In this document: positions 37,301-51,468 of the stretch, one piece after another
Position numbering within the stretch: the stretch's first letter is position 1
How the letters are laid out: each line of letters opens with the position of its first letter
Origin: Bigelowiella natans CCMP2755
Taxonomy: Eukaryota; Protista; Cercozoa
Direction: 5' to 3'
Assembly: GCA_000320545.1 (NCBI GenBank)
Contig: ADNK01003130.1
Span: forward strand, 51,829-115,828
Length of the DNA stretch: 64,000 bases
Notes under the pieces: model-generated
Seen by the model: the letters and a program-made list of their open reading frames with translations, nothing else
Databases searched by the model: none
What the model was told of the DNA's origin: nothing
Program-made: the position numbers and the translations under genes

Positions 37301-40300
37301 ACTGCCCAAACCGTGGGTGCTGAATACTGTGCGCTTGTCTATCTCTCTGATGCCTATGGGAACCGTCTGCAAAGCGCTGTCTCGGAGGTGGTAACGATAG
37401 GCAATCTCTCCAACCCAAGCTCACGCAGTTGCTCGTACACGAAAGTGGACGGAAGTGGCAGCTTCAATGTCGGGATGGGAACGCATCTTAGCAATGGGGT
37501 CTACGACGTGAGGTACTCAGGCACGCAAATTGGGACGTACAGCGTCGTCGCGTCCATCGGGAGAGAGCCCGTTGGAGTCAGCGTGGCGCAGTCGTGTAAA
37601 GATGCGACTTTTGTGCCGTGGTACGTGTACAAATTTTTCCCCTCCGTCGAGATGCCCAACTATATCACAACGAAGCCCAGCACTCTCAACTTAATTGCCC
37701 AAGACCTGTACGGAAACAACGTCACCTCAGGAAGCTTTTCTTTCTCAATGACCCTGAATCTCTACAGCTACGCTGATGCGAGCACGGCCAACGATGGCCT
37801 GGAGTACGTGATATCGGTCGCGACATCGACGCTGGTGAATGGAATGCACCAGCTGAGCTTCTCCCTGGAATGGCCTGGGGTCTACCGAAGCTCGATCAGC
37901 CTTAATCCAGATTCACGATACGCGGACCTGGCGCGCTTCACCACCAACTTCACCCAGACTCCGAACCCCTCGGGCGTCCAAAGCGGGCTGGGGTACGTCA
38001 CCAACTTGACAGCGACTTCCATCAACTGTGCGGTCTCGACGAACGGCGTGTCCAACTACCGATGCGGAGACGACGAATTCACCGATGCCTGTGTTGCCAG
38101 CTATTCGAGCTGCAGTGGGGTTACGGTGTGCTCGGGGAGCACCCCGATTTACTGCCCTGGCTCCTCGAGCTGCGTGGCGTCCATCAGCCAGTGTGCATGC
38201 ATCAACACCACGCTGACGCGCTGCAAGAGCGGTGCCTGCGTGATCGACGCGAGCACATGCATGGAAAATGGAATTGCTTGCGACGATTCCGGTCTATTCA
38301 ACTGTGCGGCCGGGGCCGCGACAGGGTATCCCCAGTGTGTGCAGAGCTCCTCCGACTGCCCGTCTCCTACCGTGTGCCCCCCTGGGCTTCTAATCTGTGA
38401 CGATGGCGTCTCGTGCGCTGCCAACACGTCTGCCTGCCCGGCCTCCTCGTCGATGGGAAGCGGCTGCCCGGCTGGCCAGTTCGCCTGCTATGACGGAAGG
38501 TGCGTGCAGAGCGCATTTGACTGCCCATCGAAGAAGACGTGCCCCACCGCTGGCAACGTGGTGTGCAGCGACGGCAGCTGCCAGGCAGACGTCTCCAGTT
38601 GTCCGAGTCAGTATATGTGCTACGACGGCCAGTTCCGGTGCCACGACGGCTCGTGCGTCGAGAATGTGGATAACTGCCCTTCATCGGTAACGTGCAGCCA
38701 AGGCTACGTTCTCTGCGAGAACAACATGTGTGCGAAGACGAAGGATCAGTGCAAAGCGGCCAATTCCTGCCCTCTGACCAAGGTCCGTTGTAAGGACGGG
38801 AGCTGCGTTGAGGCAGCCATTCAGTGCCCAACATCAACCACCTGCCCTGCATCTCTCCCAGTACTCCGTGATGATGGAACGTGTAACGCTGCCCACAGCT
38901 CCTTCGATAAGGACGATGCCATGATGAGTCTGAGAGACTGCAATGCCGTGTACGGGCTATCGTCTCTCGTAACGTGCCCGTTCGGATACTGTGCCAACAG
39001 CTTTGCTGAATGCCCAACGCACACCACCTGTCCCGAGTCATACCCAGTGAAGTGCCCGGATGGCTCTTGCCAGAAGAATTCCACAGTGTGCGAAGGGTTG
39101 AAGAGGGACGAGTGCCCGTCTCACTTCCCGATGTCATGCCCCGACGGCTCTTGCAAGTCTGATATCAGCCAATGTCCTTCATGGTCAAGATGCCCAGCTG
39201 GCCGGCCTGTCCGCTGCGAGGACGGCTCTTGCGTTTCGTCTGCATTCCAGTGCAAGGACATCCCCAGCATGATAAGTTGCCCACCAATGTGGAAACGATG
39301 CCCTCTGGTGGGATGCGCGCCGACCTTCGAGTCTTGTCCAACGGAAATATCTTGCCCCCTTTCTTCCGACGGTACAACGCTTCTCCAGCGGTGCGTCGAT
39401 GGCACCTGCAGGTCATCGTGCAGCAGCGTCGCGTACGTTGGGTGTGAGACGTCTCAGGTTACGTGCCCCGCCGGAGGCACGGGGATCCCCACGTGTGCGT
39501 CCAGCCTCTTCAACTGCCCGAGCTACTACAAATGCCCAGAGAACATGCCCGTCTTGTGCAACGACAACACCTGCGCCTTTGATAGCAAGGATTGCCCCAG
39601 CTGGCCGAGCACCTTCGATGGAAGGGTACCTTGTGCTGATGGAGGGTGGGCGCTGCAGGCATCCTCCTGCGGAACCCCAGTCTCATGCCCCTCGAATGCC
39701 CCATACAAATGCCCCGATGAGACCTGCAGGTCTGCTCCAGGCGACTGCGTGGACGTTACCACTTCATGCCCTGAGGCCAAGCCGTATCGGTGTAACGGGG
39801 GAGAGTGCTTCGCGTCTCTGACGGAGTGCCAATCGACTGCGCGATGCACGAGGCCGGCCCAGTACCCAGTCAAGTGTGCGGCCGTAAACAGCACGGTTGT
39901 GGATAACGACCGAACCACTATCAGGTGCGTCGCCTCTGTGGAATTCTGCGACGATGCTGTGCAGAGCAACCAGAACGATGTGGCGTTCTTGCAAACCTGC
40001 CCGAATCGTTGGTCTTCTTGCCGCGATGGGACCTGCGTCGAAGACACCTCCACTCTATGCGAGTCCATCCAGTGCCCTCGCTTCCAGCCCTTCCTCTGCA
40101 AAACCGGGAAATGCGTGTCATCGGTCGATGAGTGCCCCGAAGTGAATGGCTGCCCCCACGACAGGCCGTATAAATGCACGGGGGGGTCCTGCGTGTCTAG
40201 AGGAAGCCAGTGCCCAACGACGGGAACCTGTGCATCAAACCAAATCAGGTGCTCAGATGGCTCTTGCATCGCCAGCACCGGAGACTGTGCGTTGTCAGAT

Positions 40301-43300
40301 GGTTGTCTGACGAATCAACTGAGGTGCATGGATGGGTCCTGCATTAGTTTTGACGACCTCCAGTTTGATAACACCAACCAGATCAACTACTGTACCTTCG
40401 GTCAAGTTACCGAGGCATCTAACAATGCTTGCCCAGCGTTCCAGCCTGTCCGCTGCCCAGGAGGCCAATGCGTCGCCTCAGAGAATCTGTGCCCGAAGAC
40501 GACATACGGCCTGCAAGCGGACACCTGCGCGCCCACGGAAGTGATGAACGCCGATGGCAGCTTCTCAACCAAGAACTTCCCGGTCATGTGCACGGATGGA
40601 AGCTGCGTCGAATCGGAGATTCACTGCCCGACCCTGCACGCTTGCACGGACGGGTTCTCCAGGTGTGGGGATGGCTCTTGCCGTTTGGCCGCTCTGTGCC
40701 CGACTGACAACACCTGTCCCACGTCAAAGCCGTACCGCTGCTCCAATGGCGCCTGCGCCTCGAGCTTAGACTATTGCGTATCACCGACAAGTCAGACCGG
40801 GTGCCCGTGTCGCTCGGGCCAATGGGACACCGAGAATGTCTACTGCGTCAATGAGCAGGTCAAGTGCCAGAGCAGCGTGCTGGGAGGCCTTTGTGGCGAT
40901 CTGACTACCACCTGCCAAGCGGATGAGAGCAACTACCCGAGAGCAAACGGCTGCAACTCGACTTCCCCCATCAAGTGCTGGAATGGCCAATGCGTCGTCT
41001 CCAGTGACAAGTGCCTGATGGAGAACGGGTGCCCCAGCTCAGCGCCCCTTCGCTGCGCTGATGGGACATGCGGGATGAACGCAACTTCATGTTCCGGTAG
41101 TGCGAACACTGCCGCGAAGAGGTGTGGTGATGGCGCAGAGTACCTTCAGACGACCGCTGGTGCTGCAGCAGCCTGCACTACTTATGCTAACTGTCCGGTC
41201 TCAATTCCATATCGGTGCGGGGATGGAAGCTGCAAGAAGTACCGATCCTTCAAGATGCCTAACACAATTCCAAACGGGGTCGCGGCGTCCATTGCTTCCA
41301 ATGTCCTCTCGCAAGCTTGCATGGGAACCCTCGTGTGTCCTGATCATGAACCTTACAGGTGCGCTGATTACAGCTGTGCAACTTCAGCCGACACGTGCCC
41401 GCCTACCTTCAGGTGCAATATCAGCAGCTCCTACATCTGCCCGGACCTCTCGTGCGTGATGAGTGCGGACAACTGTACCGTCGATGTGAAAAACCCTTGC
41501 CCAGCAAGCTCTCCGATCCTATGCCCAGACGGTGCGTGCAGGGACAAGCTTGCCTCGTGTAAGTCAGAGGTCGTTGCCCCAACCTGCAGCGCAGGCAAAA
41601 CCCTCTGCTTTGATGGCTCGTGCCGTGATTCCCCTCTGGATTGCATTGAGTACGCCTACTTGGTGAACAACCAGGCGCAGACTTCATACCCGGCCACCAC
41701 GTTAAATGCAGATAACGATGTGTGCCCAGCGGAGGGATCGACCAAGATGAGCGTGTGCCCTGATGGCTCTTGCGTGCCTCTGGCTTTGCGAGACTTCCTC
41801 TGCGAGCCGACTCCGGCTTGCCCCTCATCCCTGCCCCACAGGTGCCCGGATAGTACGTGCGTCGCCAACGGCGCCCAGTGCTCCGGTGGTGCTAGCACGC
41901 GTGTTTGCAGCAGTGGTGGCAGCATTCCTTGCTCCGATGGCACGTGCAGGACGACATGCGTCCCAACAAACGGCTGTCACGGAGATCTGCCGTACTACTG
42001 CCCAACTTCCACGAATCTTTGTGTTGCTGGATCAGCTCAGTGCACCTCGGCGCGACCCCTCTCCCTCCTTTCCTCCTCCTCCTCCTCCTCCTCCTCGTTG
42101 TCGTCTGTTCTAGGCCAGATCTCCTTCAACGCTGCGACCGCGAGAATAGCACCGACGTGCACCTCAACGGACTGTAACCGCGAGGCTCCGGTCACTTCCC
42201 AGACGTTCCAGCTCACCAACTATGACCTAGATTTCGATATCGCCATTAGCGCTCGGGATCTATCAGCGAGGGCCTCGATTTACATCCCCTCGGGGTCCAT
42301 CTTGGTGAGCGACGCCCCTGGAAACGAGAATGCGACTTTTACGGTGGAGCGCGTTTCGGATGAGGTTCTTCGCTCGGCGGTCACTTACATCCACCGTTCC
42401 CGGAAAGGCGATTTCGACAGCGCTACCTTCACAGCTGCGCAAACGGTGCTCTCCCCCGCGTTCAAGTGCTCCGCCTCGCAGGACCCCTTTAACTTCGAAA
42501 TCAGTTTCAGGTCCCTGATCGATAACTACGAGCTGATCAACCCAGGGAACCCCAACAAAACCGACATCTGCCTGGCGACACTGACCCCATCCTCGCAATC
42601 GTGGGTATGCATCAGCGAGCTGGTGGCGGAGAGGGACCTCAATCCCATCACCAACACCACGGAGACGCGGTCTAAGGGAAGGGGCACTGGCTGGTTCAAA
42701 TCGTGCAAGGACGTCAATGGAGAGCAGCTCGTATTCGCGTTTGCTCATATACCAAAGCAGGCCTCGGTTAGCAACGGCTCTCAGAATCTGTGGTACTTGT
42801 ATCAAATCATCATCGTTCTTTGCATTGTCGGAGGACTGGTGATCATTCTCACCATCTGCTGGTGCACAGCGGTAAGTAGTTTGCATACTTCTTGCAACGC
42901 AATGCAGAGAAGTCTCATTTTTTGCTTTCTTCTCTTTCCTCCTCTTTCCGATAGTCATTGGTTGTTATTTTTTTCCAATTCGGTGTTGTGACATGCAAGC
43001 TTGCGGCAGCATTCTGATCGGTCATTGATTGTGTGTTTTCTCGCGTTTGTATTATCGTATTATTATTGTATAGCGCGCCGGCCGATACCGACAAAAGATG
43101 AAGGAAGTCCAAGCGCAAAACGAGAAAGTAGACGACCAAATTGCTGACATGAAAATGTACGGGGGAGGGCTAGGTAACGCCGGCAAGAACGAAGAAATCA
43201 ATATGATTGCCAACCCCATGGTCGTCAAGTTTAAGGGTCTGCAGGATCAGCTTCAGGAGTACAAGGAGAAGACTGGCTACTATCAAAACGAGGCTAAGGT

Positions 43301-43462
43301 AATAATTGAATTGCTTGCTTGAGTTACGTAAGTTTGTGGAAAGATCCGATGATCGACTTCCAAGTGAATGTGGTATCTTCTTCTTACCGATGATATCTAG
43401 AATCTAAGATAGCAGCATCTGATAAGACACCTCCTTTCTGTTTTTTATTGGAACTTACTACC

Positions 43463-43506
<44 letters not shown>

Positions 43507-43975
43507 TTAGCGACAAAATACAGTGATCTCCCGCCTCGAAGATCAACGCGGAGCTCTCAATACGGCTATCAAGCAGCTCAAGACCCAACTTGAGGAGCAA
43601 AGACATCGTGTGACCGAACAGAAAAAACTGAGAGAGCAACAGGCTGCCGCAGCGCAAATGATCAATGACCAAGTTATCTCAGCAGAGAGGGTAACTTCTA
43701 ATCGCCTTAACGATAGTGAATCATTAGATTAAAAGGCTTCTCAATCTTAGCAATTGATGTAGTAGTAGTAGTAGTAGTGGTAGTAGTAGTGGTGGTTGGT
43801 TGTAGTAGTAGTAACAATTATAAGTGGTATACAAACTGAGACTTGCGCTGCAAATATATGTAAACAGTCGCCACATTCGGGAGATCGAGTGTCGGTCGTT
43901 TCCGGTGTGGACCCCATCGATGATCCGGATGATGAAGACGAAGATGATGACGACTTGGGTCGAGAAGCAATCTAG
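31381..43975 (+). CDS. Giant (about 3,900 aa) type I membrane protein: PA14/fibro-slime-like, legume-lectin-like, filamin/Ig-like repeats, Cys-rich repeats, TM helix, coiled-coil tail
   Basis: Signal peptide; TVRDF..GFYPIDG..HNRYFTYEL; GFAFLVQN..AWVGFTAG; repeated [RK]DxxGN motifs; dozens of CPxxxPxxCxDGSC repeats (about 38000-42050); TM IIIVLCIVGGLVIILTICWC; stop at 43973-43975. Confidence 0.88.
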
Positions 43976-44795
43976 GCAATTATGATCAACTCCATTTCAT
44001 CTCTTGAGAAATCTATGAGTAAATTCGTGACTAAGAGAGGCAGACGTCGATGATATGGGCGAGCGATGGTGGTTTTTTTCTTGCAGATTTAATTTTTTAA
44101 TCTGCAACGTCCGTGCCGCCTCTATGTATAATGTCCTCATCACGCGTATTCGTCATCTTACCTCGCATTTTGATTTGCTGCTATCGTCAATGCTGTATGC
44201 AGCCGATTGATCTGATATTGCTGGTCGCGCAACATTCTGCACAGATGCATGCATACGTGATGAGGTAGCGCGTCAGCTGCGGTCGTATATGTAGCTTCGT
44301 TCGTACACATAGCGTTACGTTGGCGCACCGGTCGTTATCTTGATATATTGAATGTTGCTCCTATATGGCTAGTAGATAATGCTAGCGCCTGTGCAACGTA
44401 TACGTCGTGCACATGACCATGCCAAGTTATAAAGCTGCCAATTTACTACATGGTAAATGATGCGATGTTGACAAGTTTGCTAGATCACGATCTTCATATC
44501 GCGCTTGCGATCAGAAGAAGGCTAGAAGGTGCCTAGAGGGGGAGGCCCCATGCATGCATGCACAGCTGATGACTACACCATGCCAGTTGTGTTCATTTCC
44601 ATCAATCGAGGAAGCTTCAATGAAGTAAAGATTTATCATCTTGTTAAGTGAGTGCACCATCGTCAAGTCGGCGCAGTTGGCTATACTTTTAATATCAAGC
44701 TCCCGTTATGTTCCCACTTGCGTCCCACTCCGCCCTCCCTGCCCCCCGCATTTCCGACGTTATTACCATCGATCATCATCATCGGACTGTATGGT

Positions 44796-46147
44796 CTAGT
44801 ATAAAACCCGTTGGAATACAAACGCAGAACCAGCTTCATTACGAACAATCCGGAGTTCATCACTGAGGTAAGTGGTTCCTGATCACGTACCATTATTGCA
44901 CACATTACAGCATTGTCGTCACAATGCATCTCACGCGCATGAAGAAATATAAATTCCAATGAGTGCGAAATATTCGCTTACGCATCTCGACTTCAGACGA
45001 GCCTTGAGCAACCCTTTCAAACGCCTAAAATTGGTGACGACGTGTTATTTGTAGAACCTTTCCTTTGCATGAATTTTAGGATAGAACCCCGACCGATAAT
45101 CGACCGATCGACCGACCTCATTGGATGGAAAGACGCTATTTTTTACTGAGGTAGCCAGAATAGGTATCTTCTCCCAGGAAGAATCTTTGATCTGCAACCA
45201 AAACAAAACTTTATTCTTTCTCTCGCCGACATATCAGCCCGGTCATGCATGAGCGCAAGCTGCTCGTCTTCAGGTGAAGTTCCGGTGTAGGTCACCTGTG
45301 TAGTCTGGACGGTCAGAAGCGAGGATCCTAGTGCCGTTCCAGCCTCAATTTTCGATGTTGTAGTGATGAACCCTGGAGCATCGTTGTGTTAGTAAGTTGA
45401 AGACTAATGAGTACAAGTGAGAATTATCATGCTAACGTTTCCTTATTTCGCATCATAATACTACTGCTACTAAACTGCCACTGCTACAACTGCTATTGCT
45501 ACTATTCTTACCTGTTTGAGGAGGTAGCAGTACGTCAAAGACGCTCAGCTCGACTTCCACCTTTCGATCGGCACACGCCGCAGGTGACATGTAAGATGCA
45601 CGGGGAGGCAGGGGTCCAAAGGATTTGTGTACAGCATTTAGTGAAGATAAGCAGAAGCACGCACCATTGATATCAAAAATCCATCTCCAGAACTGTCCAA
45701 TTCTATTCTCTGGGTGGCCTGAAAATGGAACGAGCATGCAGGATACATACATATGCACATTATTATTCTTATATACAGTCACACAAAACTATTTAATAAC
45801 GACACCTGTCCTTTTTTGGCAAACGGAATACCGTCGGTGATAGCAAATACCGCCTCGGCCAACTATGTGCGTATGTATGTGCGTGGGTGCGCGAACGAGT
45901 ACGGCATTGAGTGTGTGCGCGATGTTGAGTATTGTTTGTTAGATGCAGCATGCGAGTCGAAGGTGCTGCTGAGTCCTCCCCCACCCCCCTCAACCACCAC
46001 CGATGGTCGTACTTGTGAGGGTAGAATTGGAAGAGGCTGGAAAATGCCCTTCGTTGCTTTTCGAAAGGCCCTGTTTCCAATATCTTATGTGATCCAAGCA
46101 ATGTATGTTTCTCAAGTCTCTTAACCGTACAAGCACGATCGCGCGCG

Positions 46148-46194
<47 letters not shown>

Positions 46195-46959
46195 CAGAAG
46201 AAAGGACTCGATCTTGTCACATCTTCGCTTGCGTACACGAGCTTCCAATTTCCGTTCATCATCAAACTGATCATAACCCAAATTGATTGATATGAGATGA
46301 CCGCATCAAAGCTAAGGATGGATAGATAACCTACTTTTTCTCGTTGGCACCGTTCCTTTCATCAATGCTTTCCAAAGCTTCCACAACGCCATCTACTTTC
46401 GCTTTCTAATATCAATAGTTAAGGACTACGCAATGGTTTATTTACAATTGAATCACGGGCACCTCGTCTGCAGCTGCAGCTGTTCCTCTTCCAGTGTAGG
46501 CGCATAACTTTAGCAGTTCAGCTTCCTTTTCGCTGGCAGCCATGTAGTTGGCGGTGCTTTCCTCCACATCTGTAGAGTGGTATCAGCAACAGAACAATTA
46601 ATTGAAGCATGATTAAAAGAATCGTGCTCTTATTTTCTTCATTGATGTTGGAATGTAGACACAGATCAAACGAATATCAGCAGGATTTAAAATTTTTACA
46701 CCAATGCTAGTTTCATATCGCTACCAGAATGAGCACGCAACTGCCTTGCTTTACGTGGAGACACCGTCATCATCTTTCGAAGGATCTTTGGACTTGTATT
46801 AAGACTTTCAACAGTGGAAAAGTGTAACACTGGCAAAACCCTTTTGGAAGCAAAAGCACTTGAAACTTTCGCTGGTACTTGCAATGCAGAAAGAGAGCAG
46901 CCAACAGCGTGGTTCCCGACGAAGCCGACCATCAAGAAGAACAATGTGTCCGATTTCAT
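44796..46959 (-). CDS. Plastid lipid-associated protein / fibrillin with bipartite targeting presequence, multi-exon
   Basis: Signal plus transit-like N-terminus; NGNWKLVYASEDVTRSSPFFW; C-terminal TTYLSDELRIVRNEAGSAFVFQRVLY*. Confidence 0.82.
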
Positions 46960-47663
46960 GGCGTCAAAGAAATTTCTTCTAAGTTAGAAAGCACAAAAGT
47001 ATGAAGCTTGCTGCAGATGCTTCATCGTCGTTGGCTGCTTTATCATCATCATCATCATCGTCGCTGTCCTCGTCGTTGTTATAGTAGTCCCACAATATTT
47101 TGCTCTCGGTTAAATTTTACAAGAATTTACCCACAGAAACTAGTTTATCTGGATACGATTTGCGTGGGCCACTTTGCGTGCTACCGGGCGAGGTTCCAGG
47201 AAAACGGAGGAGGGGGAGGAGGGGAAGTTGAGAGTGTTACGGAGAGCTCCTAGAATAATGTGGAATATCAGTACTACGTCGTGTCGACTTTTGACTACAA
47301 ACGCATGCCGTTTGCATCTTACGTCTTACTTATGCTTCGTGTGACAGGCCTTTTTTCCCCGTGCGTCTTGGGAATGTGTGTACGGTAATAAGTAAGTTCC
47401 AAGCCAAACCTCAACTCCCCCCTCCAACCTGGTAGAGTACCTCGAGAAGACCCAAAAGACGCACATTCGCAACAACATGGCGCGGAGCGCGCAAACGAGA
47501 GCGTGAATAATGATGATGATGATAATGATGATGATAATGATGATTATGACAATGGAGAAAGAGGGAAGGGTGGATGAGAATGAGAAAAGGGTATGGCGGA
47601 GGGAGAGGAAGAAAGGAAGGAAGAGGATGGGTGAGCATATGCGAACGCTCTAAAACTCAAGGT

Positions 47664-48585
47664 ATGGAAAAAACGGACAAGAAAACTGAAGAAAAGGACA
47701 GCAACAGTGAGATGGCTGTAACAAGAGTCATGAAAGCGTTGTCTAGTAACATACTCCTCACAGGTAAATTGAGGTGTGCCGTTGAGTGTTTTCGCTCTTT
47801 CGTTTCGGTGTATCTATTTCGACGACATTATTTACGACGCAGGTAAAGTTGTAAAAGGGTTCCAGAGAGGTTCGAAGCTCTTGGGATGGCCAACAGGTTG
47901 TTCGAAGCGATATCAAGTGAATCAACCATATGAAACTGTTCTCTCCTTTGGTAAAATTCACAGCCAATCTAGATCCAAAAGCATTCCATGGAAAAGTGGA
48001 TCATCTTGAAGAGGGGGTTTACTTTGGCTACGCTAAAATTGAGTCTGATGAGAAGGTGTAAAGGGTGCTGATGCAGAGAAGTGAAAGGGTTGTGAAGTAT
48101 TATTCCAAAAACCAGGTCTACAAGACAGCACTAAGCATTGGATGGAATCCTCAATTCAAAAACAAAGAGAAAACTGTGGAGGTAGTATATAAAAACAGTA
48201 ATCGTCATACTTTAGAAATCAAGATAAAAAGTCTGAATAACTTCACATCTCAGGCTTACCTTGTAAACGAGTTTCCAGAAGACTTCTATGGTACAACTCA
48301 AGCATTCACAAAAGCATTCTAAAATGTTTCGTTGATGTATGCTCAGACGAAGAAATGAAGTTGATGATCTGTGGTCACGTGCGAGCACAAGCAAAATTTA
48401 ATTCTTTAGGTTGGTATTAACAGAAAAAAATAAACACTTTCTTTGAATCTCATTAAACTTTAACATTATTATTCTTTAAAGACTCTCTTAAGGACGCTAT
48501 AAGAGCTGATGTCGACGCTACGGTGAAGATATTAGACACAAAGCCATACTTCGATTTACGTGAAGCAGATTTTTTTAAGAAGTAA
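47664..48585 (+). CDS. RFK: Riboflavin kinase, multi-exon
   Basis: GKVVKGFQRGSKLLGWPTAN, EGVYFGYA, SIGWNPQFKNKEKTVE, FPEDFYG, LKDAIRADV. Confidence 0.92.
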
Positions 48586-49308
48586 ACAAAAGCAGCCATC
48601 AATAATAGATGTTAGCATTAATTATTTAGTTGAATTGCACTAAAGCGGACGCAATGAAGCCATTATGCGCCTATGTACATTTTCACGTGATTTATCGCAG
48701 GCTTGCCACTCATTGGTTGGTATTGCATTCGAGAGCTCAACCAGTAGTTGCAATGCAACTATCCATAGTTGCATCGCCAGGCTTAATTGAATCGGCTTGC
48801 TGCGCAAGCGTGAGTCGCGCGCAGGCTCGGCGCGAATAATTATTATGGCAATTAGTAATGCATGGCAGTATGAGATAATGGACACAGGCCATGGCACAGC
48901 AATGCGAATAAACAACCTACTGATAATCAGATCCGTGCATAGCTAAGATAGCATGACAATGTGAGCAACTAGACACCAGCAGCACAAAGTAGTCGAGTTC
49001 TAATGTTGCGGTGCGTTTTTGGAAACACAGCTTGCAACATGCAGCCTTAATGCATAAACTACATATGTCATTTTGCAACTAATATTACACGGTATTGTTG
49101 TGAAAATACATAAATGGGCGTTCAAATGACTATGGCACATGAATATATGTACTAAGTTGTGTGACAAGCTGCATGTACCATGGCCCTGTGATCTGTTTTC
49201 TTGACTACTCATTTTGAGATAGTAGCTCTGTTGCTAAACCAAACAAAAACTAAATGTATTATACGTACAACGGCGCACATAAATACTGTGGAGCTCCTCG
49301 ACATTTTC

Positions 49309-50430
49309 TCATTCCTTTGGGACTTCCCATTGCGTTTTTTGTGTGGCCTCGTTATAGTAGTACACATTTCCCGTGTTTGGATCAACGGCTTCTCGCCATC
49401 CATCCGGCAGCGCAGGCGTAACACAGTACAACAACATCTTCAAAATATTCAAGCTTACTGTCCCATCAGTGTTCGAAGAGTGCGAACGATGAAATTGGAA
49501 AAGCCTGCGTGTGTTCTCAGCGTCGAATGATTTCAGCTTCTTAATTCCCTTGCTTAGCTCGACAAATGTCACTTTACCATCGCCATTACTGTCGAGACTG
49601 GCTAGAAAATCCTTAAAGCTTTTCTTTTCCTCCTCAAGGGCTATAACAAGCTCGGCTGCAACCAAGCTCACTAGCCAGCAGGCATCTGAGCATTCGCCGT
49701 TGTCAAGAACTTGCACAAAAAATTTGCGCATCCCCCCACGAAATTCATTGATGTCGAGACTGCTCGAGTCATCTGTATCAATTCGGAGCCAGAGCTCCTT
49801 TATGCTCATGCCCGTGATAAACGGCTCGGATTTTTTGGGAATAATTTTTCGCAGGACGATCATAAATTCGTCGTAAGTTATTTGCTTGTCATTGTTCCTG
49901 TCGAGTGCGCTGAAGGCTTTATCTAAATCTTCCCAAGCCTCTGAAATCAAACCTACAAGAAGATTCTGCCCATACCGCATTTGGTCCCCGAAAGGAAGCT
50001 TCTTAAAGGCCTGTAACTTTTCTTTCGCTTCCTTCTTACCAAGTTCGTACGTCCCTTGCTTTTGCTGTCGCTTCTTTTCCTCCTCTGCTTTCCTCTGCCT
50101 TTCTTTCTCCCTGGCCTTATACGCAGCTTGTTGTTTCTTATACTCTTCGCGCTTTGTCCAATCTTCTTTCACATTCAAAAGCATCTTCTCAAAATCGTCG
50201 CGCGAAATCGTTGGTCTCCCTGTTTTTCGTTGCGCAATCTGGAAGATTTCCTGAAGAGGACTTCCATTCGGGTCGTTGTAATCGACGCAGTACGCCCTCA
50301 AGCCTCTTCGTCTTAGCTCCGCGTCAACTTCTGCTAAGGTCACTTTTCCATCAAGGTTCTTGTCCGAATATAATGCCAGCTTCTCCTGTTTCAACAGTGC
50401 GTTAGCCAGGCGGTATGCGCTGTAACTCAT
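49309..50430 (-). CDS. Multi-EF-hand protein with C-terminal WW domain, single exon
   Basis: EF loops DKNLDGKVTLAE, DRNNDKQITYDE, DTDDSSSLDINE, DSNGDGKVTFVE; WW LPDGWREAVDPNTGNVYYYNEATQKTQWEVP. Confidence 0.9.
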   Translation of the reverse strand: MSYSAYRLANALLKQEKLALYSDKNLDGKVTLAEVDAELRRRGLRAYCVDYNDPNGSPLQEIFQIAQRKTGRPTISRDDFEKMLLNVKEDWTKREEYKKQQAAYKAREKERQRKAEEEKKRQQKQGTYELGKKEAKEKLQAFKKLPFGDQMRYGQNLLVGLISEAWEDLDKAFSALDRNNDKQITYDEFMIVLRKIIPKKSEPFITGMSIKELWLRIDTDDSSSLDINEFRGGMRKFFVQVLDNGECSDACWLVSLVAAELVIALEEEKKSFKDFLASLDSNGDGKVTFVELSKGIKKLKSFDAENTRRLFQFHRSHSSNTDGTVSLNILKMLLYCVTPALPDGWREAVDPNTGNVYYYNEATQKTQWEVPKE

Positions 50431-51468
50431 CGAGGGGTACGGATATCAATTGCTGGATTGTAACGACGAGATTAGTACTCTCGAGATGCATCCGGGGATA
50501 GACAGCTTTCTACCGGTTTTTTTTCAAGGAAGTTTCACTACAGGCCCTGTATCAAATTTCACCCATTTTTTTTAAATATCTGCATTCGAAATCTCATGAC
50601 AAAAAGGACACATTGTGCTTTGGTCTTTTCATTGCTGCAAAGAAGAAATGAAGGATACACGTCGACGGACATTTCGACCCTTACCGAGGAGTAACATTCC
50701 TTGCGACATGATCTCGCAAGCAACGAAGTGGAATTTTGGTCTGTAGATGTCTGGTCAAAATATACCTCTTATTTTCTTTGACTACAGGCGACTCCCACTT
50801 CGATCAAGGCAGTAATAAAACGTGGAAATGCTAGACCATCTACCCTCCGCGACATTTGATTTTTTGAATACGTTCCGGTTGAAATTTAAAGGGCTGTTCG
50901 AATCTAATTTCCGAACAGCAGGTGTTCGTAGATGTCCAAGAATTGCAAACGACAATAAAATATTTCTAACATGGTCCAAAAAATGATGGAATATTTCCCA
51001 AAAGGGCTAAAAATAACATCAGCTTTAAGTCTGAAGCTGAGTAGCTCACTTCTCATAGCTTATCTGGTGCGCAGGGTTGACTTCACTTCACGGATAGGCA
51101 GACTCCACAGGCCAGCTTACCGCCCTCATTCAAATAGAAATAGGATTTTTCACGAGAGAATTCGCTTCCAATAACGCTTTGGTTTGTCATTACCACGTTG
51201 ACGAAGGAGAATTGGTCCCGTAGCGTAAAGAGAAAGAATTTCAAGAACAGATACGTAAGTTAAGACTTAGTCTTCTATTCTGCAGTGTGGGTGGAGTTCC
51301 ACGGAAAGTTTCACAGAATTTCAACGATTGTGTACAAGGCAGCTAGCAGTCCTTTATAAACTATTCTTTGCATCCACTACGGGCATTAACGAAAACGATA
51401 GATAAAAGATTCACATTTAAATAGATTGAATTCCACAATTGAAAGAGTGCTAAAATAGTTCAGAGGAA

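Noticed and set aside
35435-42958. Numerous overlapping and antisense ORFs within the giant gene
   Set aside because: Expected shadow ORFs of a GC3-rich, repetitive coding sequence.
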